Translations under genes and position numbers: made by a program
The notes under the pieces: model-generated
Told to the model about the DNA's origin: nothing
Database searches by the model: none
The model's input: the letters and a program-made list of their open reading frames with translations, nothing else
Shown: positions 1 through 9,255 of the stretch, in pieces
Numbering within the stretch: position 1 is the stretch's first letter
Layout: each line of letters begins with the position of its first letter
Assembly (NCBI GenBank): GCA_963805085.1
Contig: CAWDTA010000002.1
Span: forward strand, 1,728,001 to 1,792,000
Direction: 5' to 3'
Length of the DNA: 64,000 nt
Origin: an uncultured Veillonellaceae bacterium
GTDB lineage: Bacteria; Bacillota; Negativicutes; JARBTT01

Positions 1-2
1 TT

Positions 3-341
3 GATGGTATCGTTCCTTCGCATGGGGGAATTTTAGGTAATCTTTTCACAGGCGAAAGATATACCATGAAAGATTTAGCTGAAAAAATCCATAGGACAAA
101 ACCGACAGTGACTGTATTAATTGATAAGCTTGTAGGTCTAGGGTATGTTACCAAGGAAAAAAGTAGAGAGGATAGTCGTGTTACCTTTATCAGATTGACG
201 GAAAAAGGATTGGAGTTAAAACCTATTTTTATTGAAGTTTCTGAGAGAATGAATACGATTGTGTATAAAGATTTATCCGAGGAAGAAGCGAATTACTTGG
301 AAGCAACATTGGAAAAAATAAAGCGTAATTTAGATGAATAG
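3..341 (+). CDS. MarR family transcriptional regulator (5' end outside window)
   Basis: Frame open from base 3 (DGIVPSHGGILGNL...); MarR wHTH motifs KPTVTVLIDKL and DSRVTFIRLT. Confidence 0.85.
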   Translation, partial: DGIVPSHGGILGNLFTGERYTMKDLAEKIHRTKPTVTVLIDKLVGLGYVTKEKSREDSRVTFIRLTEKGLELKPIFIEVSERMNTIVYKDLSEEEANYLEATLEKIKRNLDE

Positions 342-368
342 AGTTTGAGTGCGTCTTCATCTAATCAT

Positions 369-469
369 ATAGTTAGACGTCTAATGAAACGTAAGAAAGT
401 CTGTGCCAAATGAAAAATAAGTATATCTGCAATGAAAAATTTTTTTATAAAGATAGTTAGATGTCGAAT
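369..469. promoter_or_regulatory. Two copies of a palindromic operator, probably bound by the MarR protein
   Basis: atagTTAGACGTCTAAt at 369-385 (perfect 12-bp palindrome) and atagttagatgtcgaat at 453-469. Confidence 0.5.
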
Positions 470-604
470 ATTATTAAGTATAAGTATCTGCAAATAAGGA
501 ATGGTATTCTTTGAAAATATATTAGTATAAAAGAAAGAAATAGAACTTTAGTAGAAATAGTGTGTTAATGCACTATTCATATAAAAAAAGTGGGGGTATT
601 TTAA

Positions 605-1006
605 ATGCAAGAAGTAGTAAAGTTTTTACAAGAAAACGTCACCGGTTGTTTGGCAACGACTGAGGAGGGAAAACCAAAAGTCAGACCTTTTCAATTTATG
701 TTAGAAGACGAAGGCAAATTCTTTTTCTGCACTAGCAATGAAAAAGATGTATGCAAGCAATTAAAGGCCAATCCATATGTGGAATTTACAAGTTCTTCGC
801 CTAAGTTTGCTTGGATTCGGCTTAGTGGTAAAGTAGAATTCAGTAATGATGTAAAGATCAAAGAAAGGGTTCTTGAAATAAGTGGTTTAGTAAAATCCAT
901 TTATAAAACAGCAGACAATCCGATTTTTGAACTATTTTATATTGAACATGGCACTGCGATACTTGCAGATTTTTCTGGTCAGCCCGCTAGAACAGTAAAC
1001 TTTTGA
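605..1006 (+). CDS. Pyridoxamine 5'-phosphate oxidase family (FMN split-barrel) protein
   Basis: LAT..GKPKVRPF, FCTSNEKDVCKQL..NPYVEF motifs. Confidence 0.85.
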   Translation: MQEVVKFLQENVTGCLATTEEGKPKVRPFQFMLEDEGKFFFCTSNEKDVCKQLKANPYVEFTSSSPKFAWIRLSGKVEFSNDVKIKERVLEISGLVKSIYKTADNPIFELFYIEHGTAILADFSGQPARTVNF

Positions 1007-1062
1007 ACGGAGAACAAATAAAAAAACTTCAATAAAAAACCTGATGATTTTTATCATCAGGT

Positions 1063-1306
1063 CAGCTTGTAGACAAAATAAAATATTTGTGCCGATGATT
1101 TAGAAAATATCTAAATCCGTTCCACTTATAAACTAGTACGAAGATAGGCTGCCGGTCGGTGAGAAGTGCTTAGATGCAAGGCTCAGTAAGGGGATGTGAA
1201 GGAGTCGTACCTGTGTACGTCGACGAACAGCACCTTACTGCAACGCTGCAGATGAGTGCTTATCGCCAACCCGCGGCCTATCTGTCCATAGTTTGTCTAA
1301 ATGCTG
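1063..1306 (+). mobile_element. MITE family 1, copy A (244 bp), inserted in a terminator
   Basis: Imperfect TIRs cagcttgtagacaaa / tttgtctaaatgctg; 24-bp palindromic direct repeat at 1039-1062 and 1307-1330; further copies at 33878 and 48282. Confidence 0.85.
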
Positions 1307-1583
1307 ACCTGATGATTTTTATCATCAGGTTTTTTCTCTATAAATACGGTCAATGATATTATCTGAATTTTCTATCGTAAACAATAATAAATCTTTATTT
1401 TTTTTATTGTAATAAGTTGGCTATAATGAAAATGTAAGTTATTTATAAAATGACCTACAAATGAAATCAATAAAATTTATGTTACGATAGTATATAACTA
1501 TCATAACAAGGTTGTAATTTTTTATTTTAGTGAAGCACTGCAATTGTTCGTGATTGCGATTAATGAGAAGAAGGTGAAAAGAG

Positions 1584-1874
1584 ATGGAGTTAATCACAAA
1601 AGGAAGAGCTGGGACATTGGAATCTGGCGATATTTGTGTTGTCGTTGAAAAAACGGATGCTGCAGGGATTGTGATTGATCTTGATAGTTCCGTTGCCAGT
1701 TTATTTGGCAGAGAGATTAAAGAAGTGATTACAAAAACAGTCAGTGACCATGGTTTTAAAGATGGCGTTAAAGTTACCGCAACAGATAAAGGTGCGTTAA
1801 ATTGCACGATCGCGGCAAGAGTGACAGCAGCATTATATCGCGCTGCTGAAAGCACAGAATTTAGTTGGAAGTAG
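1584..1874 (+). CDS. citD: Citrate lyase acyl carrier protein (gamma subunit)
   Basis: AGTLESGD motif with Ser14 and DKGAL..TIAAR; first gene of the cit operon. Confidence 0.95.
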   Translation: MELITKGRAGTLESGDICVVVEKTDAAGIVIDLDSSVASLFGREIKEVITKTVSDHGFKDGVKVTATDKGALNCTIAARVTAALYRAAESTEFSWK

Positions 1875-1905
1875 AAGGCAAACAAAGAAAGGGCTGAGAG
1901 AAAAG

Positions 1906-2808
1906 ATGGCTATTAAACAGAGATTGCGTAGAACCATGATGTTTATCCCTGGAAACAATCCTGGTATGATGCGCGATGCACATATATACGGTTCGGACTC
2001 GATTATGTTCGACCTTGAAGACGCTGTATCGATGGCAGAAAAAGATGCGGCTCGCCTGCTTGTATTTAATGCAATAAAAACAATTGATTATGGAGATACA
2101 GAAGTTGTTGTTCGTATCAATCCACTTAACACACCTTACGGCAAAGCTGATATTGAAGCAATGGTTGTCGCTGGAGCACATGTACTTCGTATGCCAAAAA
2201 CCGAAACAGCAGAAGATATTACCGAATGCGAAGAATATATTGCTGAAATGGAAAAGAAACATGGCATTCCAGTAGGCAAAACACTCATGATGGCAGCAAT
2301 TGAAGGTGCGCTTGGCGTACTCAATGCCTATAAGATTGCTACTTCTTCTGATCGTTTGATTGGTATTGCAATCGGCGCAGAAGATTACTGTGCAAACATG
2401 AAAGCAAATAGAACAAAATCAGGGATTGAGCTTCAGTTAGCACGGGAAACAATTGTAGTTGCCGCACGGGCAGCTGGAATCGATGCACTTGATACAGTGT
2501 TCTCCGATGTGAACGATGAAGAACAACTGATCTATGAAGCTACCTTAGTAAAAGAAATGGGCTTTGATGGCAAATCCGTTATCAATCCTCGTCAGATTGG
2601 TCCAGTACATAAAGTATTTGCACCAACTGAAAAAGAAATTGAAAAGGCAAAACGTATCATTGCCGCAATTAAAGAAGCTGAAGCAAAAGGTTCTGGCGTT
2701 ATCAGCTTGAATGGTAAAATGGTCGACAGACCGGTTGTAATTCGTGCCGAACGTACGATTGAACTTGCAATCGCATCTGGCGTGCTATTACCAGAGGAGG
2801 TAGAGTAA
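1906..2808 (+). CDS. citE: Citrate lyase beta subunit (citryl-ACP lyase)
   Basis: RRTMMFIPG, DLEDAV, VRIN, GAEDY, GKMVD motifs. Confidence 0.95.
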   Translation: MAIKQRLRRTMMFIPGNNPGMMRDAHIYGSDSIMFDLEDAVSMAEKDAARLLVFNAIKTIDYGDTEVVVRINPLNTPYGKADIEAMVVAGAHVLRMPKTETAEDITECEEYIAEMEKKHGIPVGKTLMMAAIEGALGVLNAYKIATSSDRLIGIAIGAEDYCANMKANRTKSGIELQLARETIVVAARAAGIDALDTVFSDVNDEEQLIYEATLVKEMGFDGKSVINPRQIGPVHKVFAPTEKEIEKAKRIIAAIKEAEAKGSGVISLNGKMVDRPVVIRAERTIELAIASGVLLPEEVE

Positions 2809-4346
2809 TGAAAAATGCAATCAATCATGAAGTTTCAGCGCAGCTTCTTAAACATTTAGGTTTAGAATTTTACAGTGATAATGGCAAAGGAAAAGATTGC
2901 TCTACATTAAATGAACGTCTTGTAAAGAATGGCAAATTGGTAGATTCTTTAGAAGAAGCGATTAAAAAATCCGGTTTAAAAGATGGCATGACGATTTCTT
3001 TCCATCATCATTTTCGTAATGGTGATTATATTTTAAATATGGTTCTAGATAAATTAGCTAAGATGGGGTTCAAGAATTTAACCGTTGCATCCTCTAGTCT
3101 TTCAACAGCACATGCACCACTCATCGAACATATCAAAAGTGGTGTTGTGACAAAAATCGAAAGCTCTGGGATGCGTGATGATTTAGCAGATGCGATTTCA
3201 CATGGTTTGATGAAAGAACCTGTTATCTTCCGTAGTCATGGTGGACGTGCTTCGGCGATTGCCAATGGTAGTTTGCACATTGACGTGGCATTTCTTGGGG
3301 CACCATCCTCCGATGTTGTAGGGAATGCCAGCGGTGTTTATACTAACCCAGAAGGTAAATCCATCTGTGGTTCTCTCGGTTATGCAAAAGTGGATGCACG
3401 TTATGCAGCTACGACGATTATTCTTACGGATAATATTGTTGCATTTCCGAACGCTCCAGCATCGATTCCAGCAACTGACGTTGATTATGTGGTAAAAGTA
3501 GAGGCACTTGGTGATTCTAGTAAGATTTCTTCTGGTGCTACACGCTTTACCAAAAATCCTCGTGACTTACTGATTGCAGAAGCAGCTGCAAAAGTAATCC
3601 AAGAATCTGGTTACTTTACCGATGGCTTCTCCATTCAAACAGGTTCCGGCGGAGCGGCGCTTGCTGTGACTCGTTTTATCAGCGAAGAAATGGTAAAACG
3701 CAATATCAAAGCTCGGTTTGCGCTTGGTGGTATCACAGGACAAATCGTAAAATTATATGAAGAAGGCTTAATCGGAAAAATTCTTGATGTACAAGGATTT
3801 GATACGATTGCTGCCGAATCTCTAATCAATAATGCAGATCACATTGAAGTAGATGGCAACCAATATGCAAGCCCATTCAATGAAGGCTCCGCAATTCATC
3901 AACTTGATGTTGTTATCCTATCGGCATTAGAAGTTGACGTAAACTTCAATGTTAACGTATTGACTGGTTCTGACGGAGTAATCCGTGGTGCGATCGGTGG
4001 TCATCCAGATACAGCAAGCAAAGCAGCGCTTACCGTGCTTGTATCACCATTGATTCGTGGACGTATTCCTTGTATCTTAGATAAAGTAAATACACTTGTT
4101 ACACCTGGTTCTGTTTGTGACGTGCTCGTTACAGACCAAGGGGTTGCTGTAAATCCTAACCGCCCAGAAGTAAAAGAAAGACTCTTAAAAGCTGGCTTGA
4201 AAGTGACCACAATTGAAGCCTTGAAAGAAAGTGCTGAAAAAGTAGTTGGCATACCTGATCCATTGCAATTTATGGATAAAGTGGTTGCCGTGGTTACGCA
4301 TCCAGATGGTAGAGTATTAGACGTGATTCATGAGGTTAAAGCGTAA
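2808..4346 (+). CDS. citF: Citrate lyase alpha subunit (citrate:acetyl-ACP transferase)
   Basis: GLKDGMTISFHHHFRNGD, FRSHGGR, QTGSGG, GGHPDTA. Confidence 0.95.
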   Translation: MKNAINHEVSAQLLKHLGLEFYSDNGKGKDCSTLNERLVKNGKLVDSLEEAIKKSGLKDGMTISFHHHFRNGDYILNMVLDKLAKMGFKNLTVASSSLSTAHAPLIEHIKSGVVTKIESSGMRDDLADAISHGLMKEPVIFRSHGGRASAIANGSLHIDVAFLGAPSSDVVGNASGVYTNPEGKSICGSLGYAKVDARYAATTIILTDNIVAFPNAPASIPATDVDYVVKVEALGDSSKISSGATRFTKNPRDLLIAEAAAKVIQESGYFTDGFSIQTGSGGAALAVTRFISEEMVKRNIKARFALGGITGQIVKLYEEGLIGKILDVQGFDTIAAESLINNADHIEVDGNQYASPFNEGSAIHQLDVVILSALEVDVNFNVNVLTGSDGVIRGAIGGHPDTASKAALTVLVSPLIRGRIPCILDKVNTLVTPGSVCDVLVTDQGVAVNPNRPEVKERLLKAGLKVTTIEALKESAEKVVGIPDPLQFMDKVVAVVTHPDGRVLDVIHEVKA

Positions 4347-4347
4347 C

Positions 4348-4881
4348 ATGTCTCACGCACTATTCGAAGGAATTTCCATAACGTTAGAAGAAGTTTTAAC
4401 AAATAAAGAAGCCCGCGCTGCCTTGCAACGCGAGCTTCTTGCTCAATATAAGAATCCAATCATTTCTTTTACTATCAATATGCCAGGTAGTGTAAAATTA
4501 AACAATGCAAGTCGTCTGTTATACAAGGAAGGCATAGACCGGTTAAAAGATGCGCTGGAACGTGCGTATATTTTAGTTAATGATATTCGGTATGTAGAAA
4601 GTTTTACTGGACTAGAAGCGCTTTTTTCGGTTCGCAGTGATGCGCGGACGTTAAAAAAAATTGCTTGCGGTATTGAAGATCAAGATGCAGTCGGTAGATT
4701 GTTTGATATGGATGTACTCGATGTGGATGGCGTTCCGATCAGTCGCAGTGTACTTGATTTTCCGAAACGAAAGTGCTTAATTTGCCAGCAAGATGCGGTG
4801 ATTTGTGCGCGGTCGCAGCAGCATTCGCCAGAAGAATTATTGAAACAGATTGAAAAAGCTGTTGTAGAAATACAAAAGTAA
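4348..4881 (+). CDS. citX: Apo-citrate lyase phosphoribosyl-dephospho-CoA transferase
   Basis: INMPGSVK, GRLFDMDV, RKCLIC..CARS..H; ATG just after the citF stop. Confidence 0.9.
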   Translation: MSHALFEGISITLEEVLTNKEARAALQRELLAQYKNPIISFTINMPGSVKLNNASRLLYKEGIDRLKDALERAYILVNDIRYVESFTGLEALFSVRSDARTLKKIACGIEDQDAVGRLFDMDVLDVDGVPISRSVLDFPKRKCLICQQDAVICARSQQHSPEELLKQIEKAVVEIQK

Positions 4882-4913
4882 GATCATAAGAGAATGAGCA
4901 AAGGAGAATAGCG

Positions 4914-5954
4914 ATGGAATCTTTTACAGAAGAAACATTTGAATTGCAAGAGTTGCCACAATCATTAAAGAGCAGTCGTAAGCTTGTAGCAGATTTTTTG
5001 GCGAAATTCGATTTAGCCTATGATACCTTAGACTCTTATGTTGGATTATTCGCTGGGGATAAGCTCGTGGCCGGTGCTGGTTATCAAGGGGCAACGATCA
5101 AATGTGTCGCTGTAGATCCTAGCTATCAACAATGCGGTTTATCAAATAAAGTCATTTCGCATTTATGTAGTGAACTATGGACACAAGGGGTATCCAATAT
5201 CTTCGTATTTACCAAACCGAAGAATAGCAACCAATTTACTGGTGCAGGTTTTCATCTCATCGCCAGTTCACCAGCAGCCATTTTGCTAGAGAGTAGTAAG
5301 AACGGCATTACTGACTATGCCAAATCCTTAGAACGTTATCGCCAAACAGGGGTGCAAGGTGCGATTGTGATGAATGGCAATCCATTTACCCTAGGACATC
5401 GATATTTGGTAGAGTGGGCGGCGCGGCAGTGTGATCATCTGCATATCTTTGTGGTGGAAGAGGATAAGTCTAGTTTCCCATTTCATGTGCGAAAAAGGCT
5501 AATCGAAGAAGGGACCAAAGACCTCAAAAATGTGACGGTTCATAGTGGTGGAGAGTATATCATATCGTCAGCGACCTTTCCTTCCTACTTTATCAAGGAA
5601 TTATCCGAGATTGCCAAAACCTATGCCGAGCTTGACCTCAATATTTTTGCCAAGCATATTGCGCCAGCACTTTCGATTACAAAACGTTTCGTCGGTAGTG
5701 AGCCAACCGATCCATTGACCTGCGCTTATAATGAAATCATGCAGATAGAATTGCCACAGTTTGGTGTTGAACCGATAATTCTCGAACGCAAAGAAAAAGA
5801 AGGGCAACCAATATCGGCCTCAAGGGTACGCAAACTCCTTGGACAAAATGATATTACTGGTGCAAGTAAGCTTGTGCCAAGGGCTACTGCAACGTATTTT
5901 TTAACAACAGAAGGTCAGCAGATTATCGAAAAGTTACAACATGCGGTCGGTTGA
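4914..5954 (+). CDS. citC: [Citrate lyase] ligase
   Basis: N-terminal GNAT region, MNGNPFTLGH, ISSATFPSYF, ISASRVR. Confidence 0.95.
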   Translation: MESFTEETFELQELPQSLKSSRKLVADFLAKFDLAYDTLDSYVGLFAGDKLVAGAGYQGATIKCVAVDPSYQQCGLSNKVISHLCSELWTQGVSNIFVFTKPKNSNQFTGAGFHLIASSPAAILLESSKNGITDYAKSLERYRQTGVQGAIVMNGNPFTLGHRYLVEWAARQCDHLHIFVVEEDKSSFPFHVRKRLIEEGTKDLKNVTVHSGGEYIISSATFPSYFIKELSEIAKTYAELDLNIFAKHIAPALSITKRFVGSEPTDPLTCAYNEIMQIELPQFGVEPIILERKEKEGQPISASRVRKLLGQNDITGASKLVPRATATYFLTTEGQQIIEKLQHAVG

Positions 5955-6832
5955 GAGGAGCAGTTTGATGAGTTTATCACCACAGGAGATTGGCCGTTTT
6001 GGAGTGCAGTCCCTTTTATATGAAGTAGCCGTTACGCCCAAACCAGGCTTGGTTGATCGCCATAGTGCCGGTGCCCATAAGGATATGGATTGCTTTACTT
6101 TTTTAGCGAGTACGGCAGCTTTAGCACCTTATTTTACGCAGTTTGCCCAAAAAGGAGCAGAGTGTGCCAAGGAAGAACCAAAAGCTTTGTTTCGGGCGAT
6201 TCGCCCAATTGGTATTGCGGCGGAACGTTGTATGTTTGCCGCGACAACTGGTGTCAATACCCATAAAGGGGCGATTTTTTCTCTTGGGTTAGTTTGCAGC
6301 GCTGCGGGCTGTCTTGTGGCAAACGGGACAGAACTTACGCCAGAAAATGTTGCAGGATATGTGGGTAATATGATAGCGGGGATTTGTGCAGAGGAATATC
6401 ACGGGATCGAAGCAAAGCAAAATCTGACCAAGGGCGAACAAATCTATCTGCGTTATGGCTTAACAGGCGTGCGCGGTGAAGCGGAACAAGGTTTTCCGAG
6501 TGTACTAAGATATTCATATCCGGTACTGGAAGATTGCTTGCTATGCGGTAGATCGATCAATGAAAGCATGTTGCAGGCGTATCTGCAGTTAGCTGGAAAT
6601 GTAGATGATACCAACGTTTTAGGACGTCACGATATGGAAGTTTCTACGTATGTAAAAGCAGAAACGCAAAAAATTTTACACGTTGGCGGTGCGTTAGAGC
6701 CAGAAAATATAGCTTTGCTAGAAGCGATGGATGATGATTTTATCACGAAGAATATCAGCCCGGGCGGTTGTGCTGATTTATTGGCATTAACGATGCTTTT
6801 ATTTTCACTAGCAAATCCTACATGGAAATATA
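5918..6832 (+). repeat. ~915 bp near-identical direct repeat (citC 3' tip plus citG); partner at 12746-13660
   Basis: Constant offset of 6828 bp; few substitutions, clustered at the ends. Confidence 0.95.
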
Positions 6833-6840
6833 AAGTGTAG
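5968..6840 (+). CDS. citG: Triphosphoribosyl-dephospho-CoA synthase, copy 1
   Basis: PKPGLVD..GAHKDM, GVNTHKGAIF, SPGGCADLL; RBS gaggag before ATG 5968. Confidence 0.95.
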   Translation: MSLSPQEIGRFGVQSLLYEVAVTPKPGLVDRHSAGAHKDMDCFTFLASTAALAPYFTQFAQKGAECAKEEPKALFRAIRPIGIAAERCMFAATTGVNTHKGAIFSLGLVCSAAGCLVANGTELTPENVAGYVGNMIAGICAEEYHGIEAKQNLTKGEQIYLRYGLTGVRGEAEQGFPSVLRYSYPVLEDCLLCGRSINESMLQAYLQLAGNVDDTNVLGRHDMEVSTYVKAETQKILHVGGALEPENIALLEAMDDDFITKNISPGGCADLLALTMLLFSLANPTWKYKV

Positions 6841-7010
6841 AAAATGTACCTTGCTCTACTTGTCTGATCTTGTATCAACATAAACTGACCTAGATCAGAC
6901 TTGGTGGACACTTAGAACAGCTGATAAAATAATTGCAACAAGGGACAAAATGAATATTTTAGATGAAATAAAAAAGCTTCCGAAATATCGGAAGCTTTGA
7001 ATTATCTATA

Positions 7011-7052
7011 GAGCTGATAATAGGATTCGAATCTCGACCTGCTCATTACGAA
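7011..7052 (-). pseudogene. Degenerate 3' half of tRNA-Thr(CGT), likely att-site scar
   Basis: Minus strand reads ttCGTaatgagcaggtcgagaTTCGAATCCtattatcagctc: anticodon loop, T-loop and 3' acceptor strand; no 5' half. Confidence 0.65.
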
Positions 7053-7071
7053 CAGTACACATAATACTGGT

Positions 7072-7131
7072 CTAAATGAAGCCTACAGTCGAGTGTTCAA
7101 GAAGAACGGCGCGGCGGGGGCAGATGACATC
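7072..7131 (+). pseudogene. Short remnant of a group II intron reverse transcriptase (RT0 region)
   Basis: GC-rich patch translating LNEAYSRVFKKNGAAGADDI, resembling the LtrA-type L..AY.RV..NKGAAGVDG motif. Confidence 0.5.
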
Positions 7132-7540
7132 CTCAAGCCTTTTGTTTATAAAACAGAATCTACTACTTTATCTATACTTTTAAGTATATGATTATCTGGT
7201 GTTTTATCATATATAATGGAATATAAACTTAGTTGTTTTGATTTAGGTCTAAGCATGCCAAAAACCCACTTTTTTGATGCATCTCATGCCTTTGTTATGG
7301 ACGAAATATGTGTTATTTTGCCATAATTTTACTTATTGAGTGTTTTTAACCTGTCCACTTGTCCTATTACATTTTAGGTAGTGTATAAGAATTTAATGTC
7401 AATGTTTATAAAAAGATTTACATATATGGTTTTTTATTGTAAGATAAGAGCAAATAAATAACAAATAAGGCGTCAAATAACAAAATGAAATTTAGAACAA
7501 TTTAGTAAGTTTTAGATCAGAATTACTAAGAGGTGGAGAC

Positions 7541-7690
7541 ATGATAGTTAAAAAAATTATAGAGGCTTTAGAACTTCAGAAAGAAAAACTCAACAATTTT
7601 CATTATGGACAGATTATCATGAGTATTCAAGATGGCGAAGTTAATCGGATAGATTATCATGAAAGCTATTTGATTAAACATAAAAAATAG
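7541..7690 (+). CDS. YezD/DUF2292-like small protein (49 aa, not in ORF track)
   Basis: RBS gaggtgg; MIVKKIIEALELQKEKLNNFHYGQIIMSIQDGEVNRIDYHESYLIKHKK fits the YG.i.i.IQDG.V.rI family pattern. Confidence 0.75.
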   Translation: MIVKKIIEALELQKEKLNNFHYGQIIMSIQDGEVNRIDYHESYLIKHKK

Positions 7691-7697
7691 ATTAGTA

Positions 7698-7757
7698 GGC
7701 TGACTAGAATAACTGGAAGCCGATACTGTCATTTAATGATAGTGTCGGCTTTTTATT
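7698..7757 (+). promoter_or_regulatory. Candidate attenuator: antiterminator-like hairpin overlapping an intrinsic terminator
   Basis: ggctgactagaataactggaagcc (7698-7721) shares aagcc with terminator stem aagccgatactgtca / tgatagtgtcggctt, followed by a T-run. Confidence 0.65.
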
Positions 7758-8033
7758 TACTCAAGGATGATGACGCCAATTTTAAATTGGGACATGCGCT
7801 AGTCTATTATTAGGTTACAATTTTAGAGCAATGATTTCTTGGTAAAGTATCAAAACCAAATTTTTAAATGAATGCCTATAGTTTATAGCCTATTGTATTG
7901 ATATTTATTTAAGGATAACAACGCTCGATATTGGGATGATTGTGATGGCATATGGTACAAAATTCTAAAATAGAAGGTGGGATTTTTCAAACGAAATTGT
8001 CTAGAACAATTAAAAAAATGGGGAGATGAAAAA

Positions 8034-8321
8034 ATGCAAGAAAAATACGAAGTAATTGAAAAAGTAGGATCTGACATGTCTTATGATTTAGTCGTTGAGG
8101 TAATAAATAAAGTAGAAAAAAAAGTTAAGATAGAATGTTATCAACCGCAATTAAAAAATCAAGTAGATGAGTTTTATAATTCAATAAAAGACGAGGTATA
8201 TAAAATACTAAATGGATTTGAGTATTCTATAAATATAATAATATCAAATAAAGTTCCGGATAAATTTGTATGGTTAGGGAGGATAGAAGGAGCGGTACAA
8301 AAAGTAAAAGAAATGTCCTAA
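8034..8321 (+). CDS. Divergent CitD-like acyl carrier protein (95 aa)
   Basis: VGSDMSYDLVV aligns with CitD AGTLESGDICV (Ser conserved); NKVPDKFVWLGRIEGAV aligns with DKGALNCTIAARVTAAL; similar length; RBS ggggag. Confidence 0.7.
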   Translation: MQEKYEVIEKVGSDMSYDLVVEVINKVEKKVKIECYQPQLKNQVDEFYNSIKDEVYKILNGFEYSINIIISNKVPDKFVWLGRIEGAVQKVKEMS

Positions 8322-8353
8322 GGCAAAAATGCAAATGGAGGTATTGAATAATA

Positions 8354-9229
8354 ATGTTGGAAAAAAATTTATGGGGTGCTCATTTATTTATGCCAGCGAA
8401 TAATGCGGGATATATTTTTTATACACCATTAATTAATGCGAAAAACATCATTTTGGATTTAGAATATGCAACTAATATTGATAAAAAAATAGAAGCAAGA
8501 TACTTGTTAAAATATGCAATTTCATATTTGAAAAAATTACGACCAGATATGAACGTTTGTGTCAGGATTAATCTACCTTGGATAAAGAAATTTTGCTATG
8601 AAGACATAAAAGCAATAATTGATGCAGAACCTGATTCATTGAGAATACCATCAGTAAGGGATAGAAAGGATATAGAATTAATTGAAAACATAATTGATGA
8701 TTTGGAACAAAAAAATGGGAAAAATTATGATAAAATAAAATTTCAGCCAATGATAGAGAGCCCTAAAGGATTTTCTAATATTCGTGAAATTGCAGGTGCA
8801 TCAAAGCGAAATATAGCTTTATGCTTAGGGGGAGAAGATTGGGCATATAATGTAGGTTTAGAACGGCATAAACATTCGCGAGAACTAGAATATGTGAGAG
8901 TTGAAATGGTAACAGTTGCTGCAGAATATGGTTTGTTTTCGGTGGATACTGTTTACCCGTGGCTTGATGATAAAGTAGGATTTGAAAAAGATTCTAAAAT
9001 AGCAAGAGAGTATGGAATGTGTGCAAGGGCTATCCAAAACCCTAAACAGTTAAACGAAGCAAATGAAATATATAAGCCTTCAGAAGAACGCTATAAGTGG
9101 GCGGAAGATTTGCTATCTAGTGTAGTTAAAGAATATGTTGATGATTGTGAAGTTTTTATCTTCCATAACAAAATTATTGACTCGCAGGAACTTGTTCAAG
9201 CTAATAAAATTTTAGCTTTTCAAAAATGA
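8354..9229 (+). CDS. Divergent CitE-like (HpcH/HpaI aldolase-citrate lyase family) enzyme
   Basis: LFMPAN, ILDLE, VRIN, MIESPKG, GGEDW, VDTVY, NPKQ, NKIID. Confidence 0.85.
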   Translation: MLEKNLWGAHLFMPANNAGYIFYTPLINAKNIILDLEYATNIDKKIEARYLLKYAISYLKKLRPDMNVCVRINLPWIKKFCYEDIKAIIDAEPDSLRIPSVRDRKDIELIENIIDDLEQKNGKNYDKIKFQPMIESPKGFSNIREIAGASKRNIALCLGGEDWAYNVGLERHKHSRELEYVRVEMVTVAAEYGLFSVDTVYPWLDDKVGFEKDSKIAREYGMCARAIQNPKQLNEANEIYKPSEERYKWAEDLLSSVVKEYVDDCEVFIFHNKIIDSQELVQANKILAFQK

Positions 9230-9255
9230 TAAATTTGAAAAAGGAGGGTTGAAGA

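Noticed and set aside
1174-1356. 60-aa ORF, and the similar 66-aa ORF at 48232-48432
   Set aside because: Both lie within MITE copies; their similarity reflects the repeat, not a gene
6881-6935. Possible IS3-like end, with a second candidate near 7345-7372
   Set aside because: Too degenerate, with no transposase and no matching target duplication
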